NCBI GenBank assembly: GCA_964537995.1
Contig: CAZICW010000004.1
Location: forward strand, 1-56,132
Length of the DNA: 56,132 bases
Source: an uncultured Oscillospiraceae bacterium
GTDB lineage: Bacteria; Bacillota; Clostridia; UMGS1883
Reading direction: 5' to 3'
The position numbers and the translations under genes were made by a program. This document shows positions 1 through 7,914 of this stretch, in pieces. The number at the start of each line of letters is the position of its first letter. The first letter of the stretch is position 1. The notes under the pieces were generated by a model. The model saw only the letters and a list, made by a program, of their open reading frames with translations. It made no database searches and was not told the origin of the DNA.

Positions 1-978
1 TCAGCCAACATGACGTTCAAAGGGCGTAAAGCCCAAAATTTTTTCAATTTCCTCAAGGGCGTCGAGCGGAATTTCAAACCCCGACGCCTTTATGTTCTGT
101 TCAAGCTGCGCGGGCTTGGAGGCGCCTGTAATTACACAGGAAACAACGTCCTTGCGCAGTATCCACGCAAGAGCCAGAACCGAAAGCGGGACGCCGAGCT
201 CATCGGCAACCTTGCCGAGCTTATCGACCTTTTCAAGGTTTTCCTCGGTCAGCAGCCTGTTTATCTGTCTGTCCCACTGGTGCGTCGCGCGGGAACCCTC
301 CGGCAGCGGCGCGTTCAGACGGTACTTCCCCGTAAGCAACCCCTGCGCAAGAGGCGAAAAGGGCGTTATCCCTATTCCGTATTTTTCGCAGACGCCCATA
401 ATATCATGCTCGATATAGCGGTCAAGCATATGATACTGCGGCTGCACAACCGTAAGCGGACGCAACCGCTCCTCGCCGATAATTTTCTCCGCTTCCGTAA
501 TGCGTGTTCCGCTCCAGCCTTCGCTTACGCCGTAATAAAGGATTTTCCCCTCGCGCACAAGGTCGCTGAGCGCCTCAAGAGTTTCCTCGAGCGGAGTTTC
601 CGTGTCAAATCGGTGGCAGTAATAAATGTCGATATAGTCCGCCCCGAAATTGCGCAAGGATTTTTCCGCCTGCTCGAATATATGCTTTCGGCTCAGTCCT
701 CGGTCGTTCGCTCCGGGGCCCGTCCCAAAGTAGACCTTGCTTGAAATAACATAGGAGCTTCGCGGATAATCCTTCAGCAGCTTTCCCAAAAACCGTTCGG
801 CTTCGCCGCCGCTGTAGCAGTCGGCGCAGTCAAAGAAATTTACGCCGTTGTCAAAGGCTGTTCGCACCGTTAGGGCGGCAAGCTCCCTTTCCTCGGCGGA
901 ACCCAAAGCCGTCATCCAGCTTCCGAGAGCAATCTCGCTCAGCTTAAGCCCCCATTTTCCCATGCCGCGATATTTCAT
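1..978 (-). CDS. aldo/keto reductase family oxidoreductase (Kv-beta/YghZ-like)
   Basis: Complete 325-aa ORF. The N-terminus MKYRGMGKWGLKLSEIALGSW and the motifs GVNFFDCADCY, YYCHRFD and ITGASKPAQLEQN are typical of AKR-family enzymes. Confidence 0.85.
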   Translation of the reverse strand: MKYRGMGKWGLKLSEIALGSWMTALGSAEERELAALTVRTAFDNGVNFFDCADCYSGGEAERFLGKLLKDYPRSSYVISSKVYFGTGPGANDRGLSRKHIFEQAEKSLRNFGADYIDIYYCHRFDTETPLEETLEALSDLVREGKILYYGVSEGWSGTRITEAEKIIGEERLRPLTVVQPQYHMLDRYIEHDIMGVCEKYGIGITPFSPLAQGLLTGKYRLNAPLPEGSRATHQWDRQINRLLTEENLEKVDKLGKVADELGVPLSVLALAWILRKDVVSCVITGASKPAQLEQNIKASGFEIPLDALEEIEKILGFTPFERHVG

Positions 979-993
979 AGACCGGTTCCTCTC

Positions 994-1431
994 TTACTTT
1001 GTAAGCTCGGCAACAACGCCGCTTATAACCTTTCCGTCCGCCTTGCCCTTAAGCTCCGCCATGACGGTTTTCATGATAAGCCCCTTATTTTTTGTCGCAA
1101 GCACGTCGGCGAATTTTTCCGTCAGGATTGCCTTAACCTCGTCGCCGCTGAGCAGCTTCGGCGCGTAGGCGGAAATATATTCCATTTTTTGGCGGTATTC
1201 GGCCTTAAGCTCGGCGCGCTCGTCGGGGCAGGCGTCAATTTGCTCCTGCACGGTTTTTATTTCTTTTAATATAACCCTGTCCACCAGCTCGGACGGAATA
1301 TCGTCGCGGCAGCCCTCGTCTATGGCGACCTTCTTGACGGCGGCGACAAGCGAAGAAACGGCGTCCTTTTTTGGCTTATCCTTTGCCTTCATTGCGGCAA
1401 CCATGTCGGCGTGAAGAACATCTATTGTCAT
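994..1431 (-). CDS. yqeY: GatB/YqeY domain-containing protein
   Basis: The helical ~145-aa protein (MTIDVLHADMVAAMKAKDK...GKADGKVISGVVAELTK) matches the YqeY pattern. The ATG at 1431 lies 8 nt after a GAGAGGAG RBS. The ORF-track start at 1449 overlaps that RBS. Confidence 0.8.
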   Translation of the reverse strand: MTIDVLHADMVAAMKAKDKPKKDAVSSLVAAVKKVAIDEGCRDDIPSELVDRVILKEIKTVQEQIDACPDERAELKAEYRQKMEYISAYAPKLLSGDEVKAILTEKFADVLATKNKGLIMKTVMAELKGKADGKVISGVVAELTK

Positions 1432-1695
1432 CTGCAAGACTCCTCTCATTTTTTACTGCTCTGTAACATTTTCATTTTATCATAGCTATTCTTTAAAAGC
1501 AAGAGTTTTTTTGTAAATTTTGCCTTTGCTTTCAAATACATTTTTCCCCTCCGCCACGCATAAATATAAATTGGACAATACCGCAAAAAAAAGAATAAAA
1601 TATAAAAAATCGGTCATATATAAATAAAAAGAAGGATTTTTAAAAGCCGTGTCGAATTATTAATTTATCGGAAAATAAAAAACGGAATTACTCGA

Positions 1696-3462
1696 ATGGA
1701 GGGAGCTTGCTTGGCGGAATACTATCCCGAGGCGTTAATCGACGAGGTTCGCAGCTCGACGGATTTGGTTGAGCTTGCCTCTCAATATGTGCGCCTGAAA
1801 AAAAGCGGGAACAGCTACATGGGCTGCTGCCCCTTCCACAAGGAAAAAACTCCCTCGTTTCACATCAACGCCGACAAACAGCTTTACCACTGCTTCGGCT
1901 GCGGCGCCGGCGGAAGCGTCTTCCAGTTTGTCATGGACGCGGAGGGCGTTGATTTTACGGACGCGGTCAAGCTGCTTGCCGACCGCGCCGGAATAAAACT
2001 GCCGGAGAACGACGGCGGCGGAGAGGAAAAATACCGCCGAAAGCAGGAAATGTACTCAATGAACAAAGAGGCGGCGCGGTTTTTCCGCGAATGTCTGCTC
2101 TCCCCGCAGGGAGCCGAGGCTTCCGCCTATCTGAGCCGCCGCGGACTTACGGCAAAGACCGTTGCAGGCTTCGGGCTGGGCTATTCCCCCGAAAGCTGGC
2201 ACTCTTTGCTCAACCACCTTGAAAGCAAGGGCTATCGCCGCGATTTGATTACGGAGGCGGGGCTTTGCGTCCGCAATGACCGCGGGAATGTCTACGACCG
2301 CTTCCGCGGAAGGGTTATGTATCCGATTTTCGACGTCCGCAAAAACATAATCGGCTTCGGCGGCCGCATAATGTCGGGCGACGGAGCGAAATATGTCAAC
2401 TCGCCCGAAAGCATAATCTACGATAAAGGAAAGAACCTGTTCGCGCTGAATTTTGCGAGAAAAAGCAAGCGCGGCTATTATATCCTCGTCGAAGGCTATA
2501 TGGACGTCATAAGCCTTCATCAGGCGGGCATTGACTGCGCGGTCGCGGGCTGCGGAACCGCTCTGACGGAAGCGCAGGCAAGGCTTATTTCCCGAGGGAA
2601 CACGGTCTACCTCTGCTACGACATGGACGAAGCGGGGCGCAAGGCGCTTTCGCGGGCCGTTTCGGTATTTGACGGCTTGGACGTAAAGCTTAAGGTGCTG
2701 AATCTTCCCGACGGAAAGGACGCCGACGAATTTATCCGTAAGTACGGCGCAGAGCAGTTTGAAAAGCTGATTGCCGCCGCGTCAACCGTAACCGGCAGCC
2801 GCCTCGACCTTCTTCTTGACAAATACGACGTAAACGACGTCGCCCAGAAGGTGGAGCTTATAAACGAAGCCGCCGGAATTTTTTCCGGAATCCAAAACGC
2901 CGTCGAGCGCGAGGCGTATATAAACAATCTTTCGCTGAAAACGGGCATAAGCGCGCAAGCCATAACCTCCGAGGTGCGCAAGGCGGGCAGCCGTCAAAAA
3001 CGTAAAGAAATAAGCGGCGAGCTTAAGCGCAGCGTTTCTCCGAGCCGTTCCGCCTCCGAGGACGCGCCGCTGTCAAGGCGCGAAAACGCCGAACGCCGTC
3101 TTTTGGGAATACTCTGCGGCGACGGCGCGGTTTACGGCAAAATAAAGGACAACCTGAGCGCGGAGCTGTTTTCGTCGGATTTACATAGGGATATTTTCCA
3201 AAAAATACAGGAATGCTATGAAGAGGGCGACGCGTCGGCGGAGCAGCGGCTTTTGCAAAGCTTCCGCGGGCGCGAAGACGAGCTTGCTTCAGTCATAATC
3301 AAAAGCGACGAGCCGCGGAACGCCGTATCCGCGGCGGCGGATTATATAAATATCATAAGAGCGGAAGAGCTTAACGAAAAAATTGCCGCCGCCGAAAAAG
3401 CCGGCGACGTTGAGCGTTTGGCGGAATTGCTCACGGAAAAACACCGAAAGGCAGGTAAATGA
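1696..3462 (+). CDS. dnaG: DNA primase
   Basis: It has the CHC2 zinc finger [30 protein letters not shown], a Toprim segment ([12 protein letters not shown]...[10 protein letters not shown]) and a helicase-binding C-terminus. An alternative TTG start at 1711 is better spaced from the GGAGGGAG RBS at 1698-1705. Confidence 0.95.
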   Translation: MEGACLAEYYPEALIDEVRSSTDLVELASQYVRLKKSGNSYMGCCPFHKEKTPSFHINADKQLYHCFGCGAGGSVFQFVMDAEGVDFTDAVKLLADRAGIKLPENDGGGEEKYRRKQEMYSMNKEAARFFRECLLSPQGAEASAYLSRRGLTAKTVAGFGLGYSPESWHSLLNHLESKGYRRDLITEAGLCVRNDRGNVYDRFRGRVMYPIFDVRKNIIGFGGRIMSGDGAKYVNSPESIIYDKGKNLFALNFARKSKRGYYILVEGYMDVISLHQAGIDCAVAGCGTALTEAQARLISRGNTVYLCYDMDEAGRKALSRAVSVFDGLDVKLKVLNLPDGKDADEFIRKYGAEQFEKLIAAASTVTGSRLDLLLDKYDVNDVAQKVELINEAAGIFSGIQNAVEREAYINNLSLKTGISAQAITSEVRKAGSRQKRKEISGELKRSVSPSRSASEDAPLSRRENAERRLLGILCGDGAVYGKIKDNLSAELFSSDLHRDIFQKIQECYEEGDASAEQRLLQSFRGREDELASVIIKSDEPRNAVSAAADYINIIRAEELNEKIAAAEKAGDVERLAELLTEKHRKAGK

Positions 3463-4637
3463 ACATGGAAGAAAATATGCGCGAAAACGTAAACGAAAGC
3501 GCGGCGGAGCCCGTAGCCGCCGAAGCCAAGACCGGCGCCGGCGGCGAGGAGACCGCAGACCGCACAGTCGATATGAAGATGGTTCTTAAGGAGCTTATCG
3601 ACAAGGGAAAACGCAAGGGAATGCTCTCAAAGGGCGACATCGAGGCGGCTCTCGGAGAAATTGAGCTTGACGCCGAGCAGGTGGAAAAGCTTTACGACAA
3701 TTTTGAGGCCATGGGAATTGACGTCGTCGGCGACATTGACGCCGAAATCAAGGATATGGGCGACGTTCCCGACGAAGATCTCGAAAATCTGACAATCCCC
3801 GACAGCATCAGCGTTGACGACCATGTTCGTATGTACCTGAAGGAAATCGGAAAGGTTCCGCTGCTTTCTCCGAAGGAAGAGCTTTACTATGCCGAGCTTA
3901 TGAGCAAGGGCGACATGGACGCGAAAAACAAGCTCACCGAGGCAAACCTCCGCCTTGTCGTAAGCATTGCGAAGCGCTATGTCGGGCGCGGAATGCAGTT
4001 TCTGGATTTGATTCAGGAGGGCAACCTCGGCTTAATAAAGGCGGTTGAAAAATTCGACTATACAAAGGGCTATAAATTCAGCACCTACGCCACATGGTGG
4101 ATAAGACAGGCAATTACGCGCGCGATAGCGGATCAGGCGAGAACCATACGGATTCCCGTCCATATGGTGGAAACCATAAACAAGCTTATCCGTGTTTCGC
4201 GTCAGCTTCTTCAGGAGCTTGGGCGCGAGCCTACCGCCGAAGAAATTTCCAAAGAAATGAACATGAGCGTGGAAAAGGTTCGGGAAATCATGAAAATCGC
4301 GCAGGAGCCGGTTTCCCTCGAAACTCCCATCGGCGAGGAGGAAGACAGCCATCTCGGAGATTTCATTCCCGACGACGAAGCCCCCGCTCCGAGCGAAGCG
4401 GCGTCCTTCATGCTTTTGAAGGAGCAGCTCATGGAGGTTCTGAGTACGCTTGCCCCGCGCGAAGAGAAGGTTCTGCGTCTGCGCTTCGGACTTGAGGACG
4501 GGCGCGCAAGAACCCTTGAGGAGGTCGGCAGCGCGTTCAATGTCACGCGAGAGCGCATCCGCCAAATTGAGGCAAAGGCTCTGCGCAAGCTTCGCCATCC
4601 CAGCCGCAGCAAAAAGCTCCGGGATTTCCTTGAATAG
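3459..4637 (+). CDS. rpoD: RNA polymerase primary sigma factor
   Basis: Region 2 ([30 protein letters not shown]) and region 4.2 ([20 protein letters not shown]) are present. The start shows the ATGA 4-nt overlap with the dnaG stop, the classic dnaG-sigA operon arrangement. Confidence 0.97.
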   Translation: MNMEENMRENVNESAAEPVAAEAKTGAGGEETADRTVDMKMVLKELIDKGKRKGMLSKGDIEAALGEIELDAEQVEKLYDNFEAMGIDVVGDIDAEIKDMGDVPDEDLENLTIPDSISVDDHVRMYLKEIGKVPLLSPKEELYYAELMSKGDMDAKNKLTEANLRLVVSIAKRYVGRGMQFLDLIQEGNLGLIKAVEKFDYTKGYKFSTYATWWIRQAITRAIADQARTIRIPVHMVETINKLIRVSRQLLQELGREPTAEEISKEMNMSVEKVREIMKIAQEPVSLETPIGEEEDSHLGDFIPDDEAPAPSEAASFMLLKEQLMEVLSTLAPREEKVLRLRFGLEDGRARTLEEVGSAFNVTRERIRQIEAKALRKLRHPSRSKKLRDFLE

Positions 4638-4644
4638 CTTTTCT

Positions 4645-4691
4645 CCCGACAAATCCAAGGCAACACTTTGGATTTGTCGGGCTGTTTTTTT
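4645..4691 (+). terminator. rho-independent terminator after rpoD
   Basis: A ~15-bp stem (CCCGACAAATCCAAgg / cTTTGGATTTGTCGGG) is followed by CTGTTTTTTT. Confidence 0.85.
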
Positions 4692-4739
4692 CTTTGCTCT
4701 TAAATTTTTATCCCAATTATTAATTTTGCCCGAGTTGTA

Positions 4740-4768
4740 TTGACTAAAAACAAAAATTATTATATAAT
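4740..4768 (+). promoter_or_regulatory. sigma-A type promoter (TTGACT-17-TATAAT)
   Basis: TTGACT at 4740-4745, an exact 17-nt spacer, then TATAAT at 4763-4768. It lies upstream of a ~130-nt leader and the zinc-ribbon gene. Confidence 0.7.
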
Positions 4769-4789
4769 AGATAAGAATGTTTATAGCCA

Positions 4790-4881
4790 CGGGAATCGCC
4801 CGATTGATTTCAAAACGCCGCGCGGCGGGAAATTTGACCGCCAAGCGGCAGCCGCAGGCATAATTTACTCGGCGATTCCCG
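4790..4881 (+). ncRNA. structured 5' leader, class unassigned
   Basis: A perfect 11-bp long-range helix joins CGGGAATCGCC (4790-4800) to GGCGATTCCCG (4871-4881). It encloses a GC-rich hairpin (GCCGC..GGCGG / CCGCC..GCGGC, 4817-4849). It sits between the promoter and the RBS at 4899. Confidence 0.35.
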
Positions 4882-4912
4882 AGAACAAATAAATTTTTCG
4901 GAGGTGATAAAG

Positions 4913-5161
4913 GTGTTTTGTCCGAAATGCGGGAAAATGAATCCCGACGATCGCGAATTTTGCAGCGGCTGCAACGCCGTGCTGCACGAGCAGGAAGCCG
5001 AGACTCCCAAAAGGAAGCGCGGCGCGGCGGGAAAAATTGCGGCTCTCGCGGCAGCCGCGGCGATTGTCGTCGGCGCCGGCGCGGCGGCGATTGTCAGCTG
5101 CGACTCCGAAAGCTCCGAGGTCGTTGCCGAAGCGTGCTTTGTATATCTTGTAAATTTTTAG
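4913..5161 (+). CDS. zinc-ribbon domain membrane protein
   Basis: It has a CPKCG...CSGCN zinc ribbon followed by an Ala/Val-rich transmembrane segment (IAALAAAAAIVVGAGAAAIV). The GTG at 4913 lies 7 nt after GGAGGTG. The ORF track starts at the GTG at 4904, inside the RBS. Confidence 0.6.
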   Translation: MFCPKCGKMNPDDREFCSGCNAVLHEQEAETPKRKRGAAGKIAALAAAAAIVVGAGAAAIVSCDSESSEVVAEACFVYLVNF

Positions 5162-5303
5162 GGCGCGGTTAAACCTTATCCACCATCGGCCTTTTTAAAT
5201 CAATCGGCGCGTCCTTAATATAATCCGACATTTTGATTTTTGCTCATTCTGAAAGGAGGGAGCTTAAAGCCCAAGGTATAGCAAGGGGGTTTTATGCACC
5301 GAA

Positions 5304-7388
5304 ATGAAAAAGTTTTTTTCCCGATTGTACGGCTTTATAGAAAAGCATTCCATAATTTTTTGCTGTATTCTCGGTATAATTGAAAATTTTATCATAGAAG
5401 CTCTCAGCCGGCGGAGTATTCCGCAGGCATTTGAGTACATGACAACAAGCCCGACAGTCTTCTTATATAATTCGCTGATTATTGTTTTTACACTTTCGCT
5501 TTGCCTTCTTTTCCGAAGAAGAATATTCGGAATTGTGCTGTTTTCGCTTCCGTGGCTGCTTTGCGGAATTGTAAACAACGCCGTACTCAGCTACCGCGTC
5601 ACTCCCCTCGGCGCGATAGATTTTCAGGTCGCCAAGCTGAGTCTCATTCTCGTCTATCTGACAAAGCCGCAACGAATAGCGCTATATATTTTTGCCGCGC
5701 TGATAGTTGTCGCCGTCGTCGCGCTGTGGATTGTAGGCCCGAAAATAAGCGGAAAAATCAACTTCGGCCGTAACGTCGCCGCAATAGTCGGGCTTTTTGC
5801 CGCCGTGATGATTGCCACAAGCATAGGACTGAACTTCCAAATGCTCAGCAACCGCTTCGGCGATCTTGTCGGCGCCTACAACGACTACGGCTTTGTCTAT
5901 TGCTTCAGCTCCAGTATGCTTGACACCGGCATAAAAAAGCCGTCCGGCTACAGCGAACAGACGGTCAGGGACGTAACCGACGCTCTTCCCGAGGTCGCTC
6001 CAATCGACGCGGACGCGGAGCTGCCGAACATAATCATGATACAGCTTGAATCCTTCATCGACCCGAATCTCATCAAGGGAACGTCGTTCAGCGAAAACCC
6101 CGTTCCCGTGTTTACCTATCTCAAAGAAAACTATACCGCCGGTATGCTGCATATGCCGTCCTACGGCGGAGGCACGGCAAATTCGGAATTTGAGGTTCTG
6201 ACGGGAATGTCGATGGAATTTTTCGGCGCGGGCGAATATCCGTATAAGACCATAATGCTGGAGGTTCCCTGCGAAAGTCTCGCTTTTAATTTAAAGGAGC
6301 TTGGCTACGGCTGCCACGCCATACACAACCATACGGGCAATTTTTACGACCGCGACAAGGTTTATCCGAATCTCGGCTTTGACACCTTCCAGTCCGTTGA
6401 GTATATGAACAACATCGAACGCACCTCCTACGGCTGGTGCAAGGATAAAATCCTGACCGACGAAATTCTCAAGGCCATAGACGCCGACACCGAACATGAA
6501 CGCAAATTTGTGTGGGCGGTTTCCGTACAGGGACACGGCAAATATCCCTCCGAGCCGATTGAGGGGCTGGAGCTTCCGATAAAGCTCGAACACGGCGTTT
6601 TTTCCGAAGAAAGAACCAACATGATTGAATATTATTCAAACATGGTAAGCGAAATGGACTCCTTTATCGGAGATTTGATTTCAAAGCTGGAGGAGCGCGG
6701 AGAACCGACCGTGCTGATAATGTACGGCGACCACCTTCCGAGTCTCGAATTTACCGAGGATGAGCTTGCCTCGGGGGACGTTTACTCCACGGAATATGTC
6801 ATATGGGATAATATAGGGCTTGAAAGACAGCCCTACATAAAGCTGGAAAGCAATCTTCTCTCCGCCTATGTGACAAAGCTTCTCGGCATAAACAACGGCA
6901 CGCTGAACCGTTTCAACCAGACCTGCGCCGAAGACAGCGACTATGAAAAAAATCTGGAGCTTTTGCAGTACGATTCCCTCTACGGCGAGCGGTACGGCTG
7001 GCCCTCGCCCGACTATTACCAAAAAACCGATATGCAAATGGGAACCGTTCCGATTACAATCGACTTCATAACCCTCGTCGGCGACAAGCTTTACGTCCAC
7101 GGCAGCGGCTTTACGGAAAAGAGCAAGATTTTCATAAACGGCGACAAGAAAAGCCAAACCGAAATGCTCAGTCCTTCCTGCCTGACGCTAAACAATGTCA
7201 GTCTCGAAAAGGACGATAAAATAACCGTCGGTCAGGCTTCCAGCAAGCGCGAGGTTCTGAGCTATACAAACGAAATCGTCTACGGCGCGCAAATTGATTT
7301 GCCGCCCGATTCCGAGGAAGCGGGCGAAGCAATCGAAGGCGCCGCGGACGAACCCGCCGCAAAAGAAGAAAACGACGCCGCGGCATAA
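5304..7388 (+). CDS. LTA synthase family (sulfatase-domain) membrane protein with C-terminal extension
   Basis: Five or so N-terminal TM helices are followed by a sulfatase/LtaS-type domain (NIIMIQLESF, GGGTANSEFEVLTGM, MYGDHLPS). An extra beta-rich C-terminal module and an acidic tail (PPDSEEAGEAIEGAADEPAAKEENDAAA) follow. Confidence 0.8.
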   Translation: MKKFFSRLYGFIEKHSIIFCCILGIIENFIIEALSRRSIPQAFEYMTTSPTVFLYNSLIIVFTLSLCLLFRRRIFGIVLFSLPWLLCGIVNNAVLSYRVTPLGAIDFQVAKLSLILVYLTKPQRIALYIFAALIVVAVVALWIVGPKISGKINFGRNVAAIVGLFAAVMIATSIGLNFQMLSNRFGDLVGAYNDYGFVYCFSSSMLDTGIKKPSGYSEQTVRDVTDALPEVAPIDADAELPNIIMIQLESFIDPNLIKGTSFSENPVPVFTYLKENYTAGMLHMPSYGGGTANSEFEVLTGMSMEFFGAGEYPYKTIMLEVPCESLAFNLKELGYGCHAIHNHTGNFYDRDKVYPNLGFDTFQSVEYMNNIERTSYGWCKDKILTDEILKAIDADTEHERKFVWAVSVQGHGKYPSEPIEGLELPIKLEHGVFSEERTNMIEYYSNMVSEMDSFIGDLISKLEERGEPTVLIMYGDHLPSLEFTEDELASGDVYSTEYVIWDNIGLERQPYIKLESNLLSAYVTKLLGINNGTLNRFNQTCAEDSDYEKNLELLQYDSLYGERYGWPSPDYYQKTDMQMGTVPITIDFITLVGDKLYVHGSGFTEKSKIFINGDKKSQTEMLSPSCLTLNNVSLEKDDKITVGQASSKREVLSYTNEIVYGAQIDLPPDSEEAGEAIEGAADEPAAKEENDAAA

Positions 7389-7402
7389 ATTTTTAAAAAC
7401 AT

Positions 7403-7476
7403 GAAAAGGGCGAGAATGATATGCGTCTCCAAAAGCGTCTGTCTTTTGGGGGACATATCAAGCTTCGCCCCTTTTT
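7403..7476. terminator. possible bidirectional terminator region between convergent genes
   Basis: A hairpin CCAAAAG-N7-CTTTTGG (7429-7449) is nested in imperfect outer arms GAAAAGGGCGAG / CTTCGCCCCTTTTTC, with a T-run on the plus strand. The structure is imperfect. Confidence 0.3.
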
Positions 7477-7514
7477 CATTTCCGATATTTGATATTTGCG
7501 CCGATGCCGAGACT

Positions 7515-7772
7515 TTATTTCTCGTCGGCAGGCTTTCCGTAAAGGTTAAGCCTGAACAAACGGCTTTCGTCTTCGGGATCCTTACATTCGATCGTAGCCT
7601 TGCTGAGTTTTCCGCCCTCGACAATTTTCATAATGCCGATTACACGGCAAAACGCAGACTGAAGATTGATGGAATCGCCTTCGGGAGTCGTCATTATAAC
7701 CTCGCCCTTGCAATTGTTCAGCTCCTTTACGAATGCTGCCACATCCAAATCGTGGATTTCAAATTTTGCCAT
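7515..7772 (-). CDS. small conserved-looking hypothetical protein (85 aa), possibly a degenerate HPr-like fold
   Basis: It has a strong RBS (AAGGAGG) and its own promoter. The segment DSINLQSAFCRVIGIMKIVEGGKLSKATIECKDPEDESRL loosely parallels the HPr pattern KxVNxKSIMGVMSLGxxxGxxIxIxxxGxDE, but there is no GIHARPA histidine motif. Confidence 0.45.
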   Translation of the reverse strand: MAKFEIHDLDVAAFVKELNNCKGEVIMTTPEGDSINLQSAFCRVIGIMKIVEGGKLSKATIECKDPEDESRLFRLNLYGKPADEK

Positions 7773-7823
7773 AGTGAAAAACCTCCTTGTTTTTTAATAT
7801 ACGGCTTTCTTAAGCCTAATTTT

Positions 7824-7852
7824 ATCCTACACTATTTTCCGGCGTCTGTCAA
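7824..7852 (-). promoter_or_regulatory. sigma-A type promoter for the 85-aa gene (TTGACA-17-TAGGAT)
   Basis: On the minus strand, TTGACA (7847-7852 reverse complement), a 17-nt spacer, then TAGGAT (7824-7829 reverse complement). Confidence 0.5.
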
Positions 7853-7881
7853 GGCTTGTTACAGTTTTGTCATGTAAAGTA

Positions 7882-7911
7882 TTCACAAAGTTTTTTGCAA
7901 ATTTTTGTGAA
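7882..7911. repeat. AT-rich inverted repeat TTCACAAA-N14-TTTGTGAA, 3 nt after the GRE stop
   Basis: The arms are at 7882-7889 and 7904-7911. It is either a weak intrinsic terminator for the GRE operon or an operator upstream of the 85-aa gene promoter. Confidence 0.4.
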
Positions 7912-7914
7912 ATT

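Noticed and set aside
3383-3589. Arg-rich 68-aa ORF at the dnaG/rpoD junction, and several similar R/S/P-rich short ORFs (for example 4918-5172 and 54636-54989)
   Set aside because: These are out-of-frame readings of GC-rich coding sequence. Their composition is typical of off-frame translation, and they are fully contained in better-supported genes.
4032-4844. 270-aa minus-strand ORF covering the 3' end of rpoD, its terminator and the downstream promoter
   Set aside because: It overlaps a certain sigma-factor gene in antisense and reads through a strong terminator hairpin and an AT-rich promoter. It has no family resemblance.
4790-4881. Assigning the structured leader to a named riboswitch class (c-di-AMP, c-di-GMP, ZTP, guanidine, fluoride, Mn2+)
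   Set aside because: None of the class-defining conserved nucleotides I can recall are present. I report it only as an unclassified structure.
7401-7877. 158-aa plus-strand ORF overlapping the 85-aa gene and its promoter
   Set aside because: It runs through intergenic hairpins and is antisense to a gene with a strong RBS. There is no start context or motif support.
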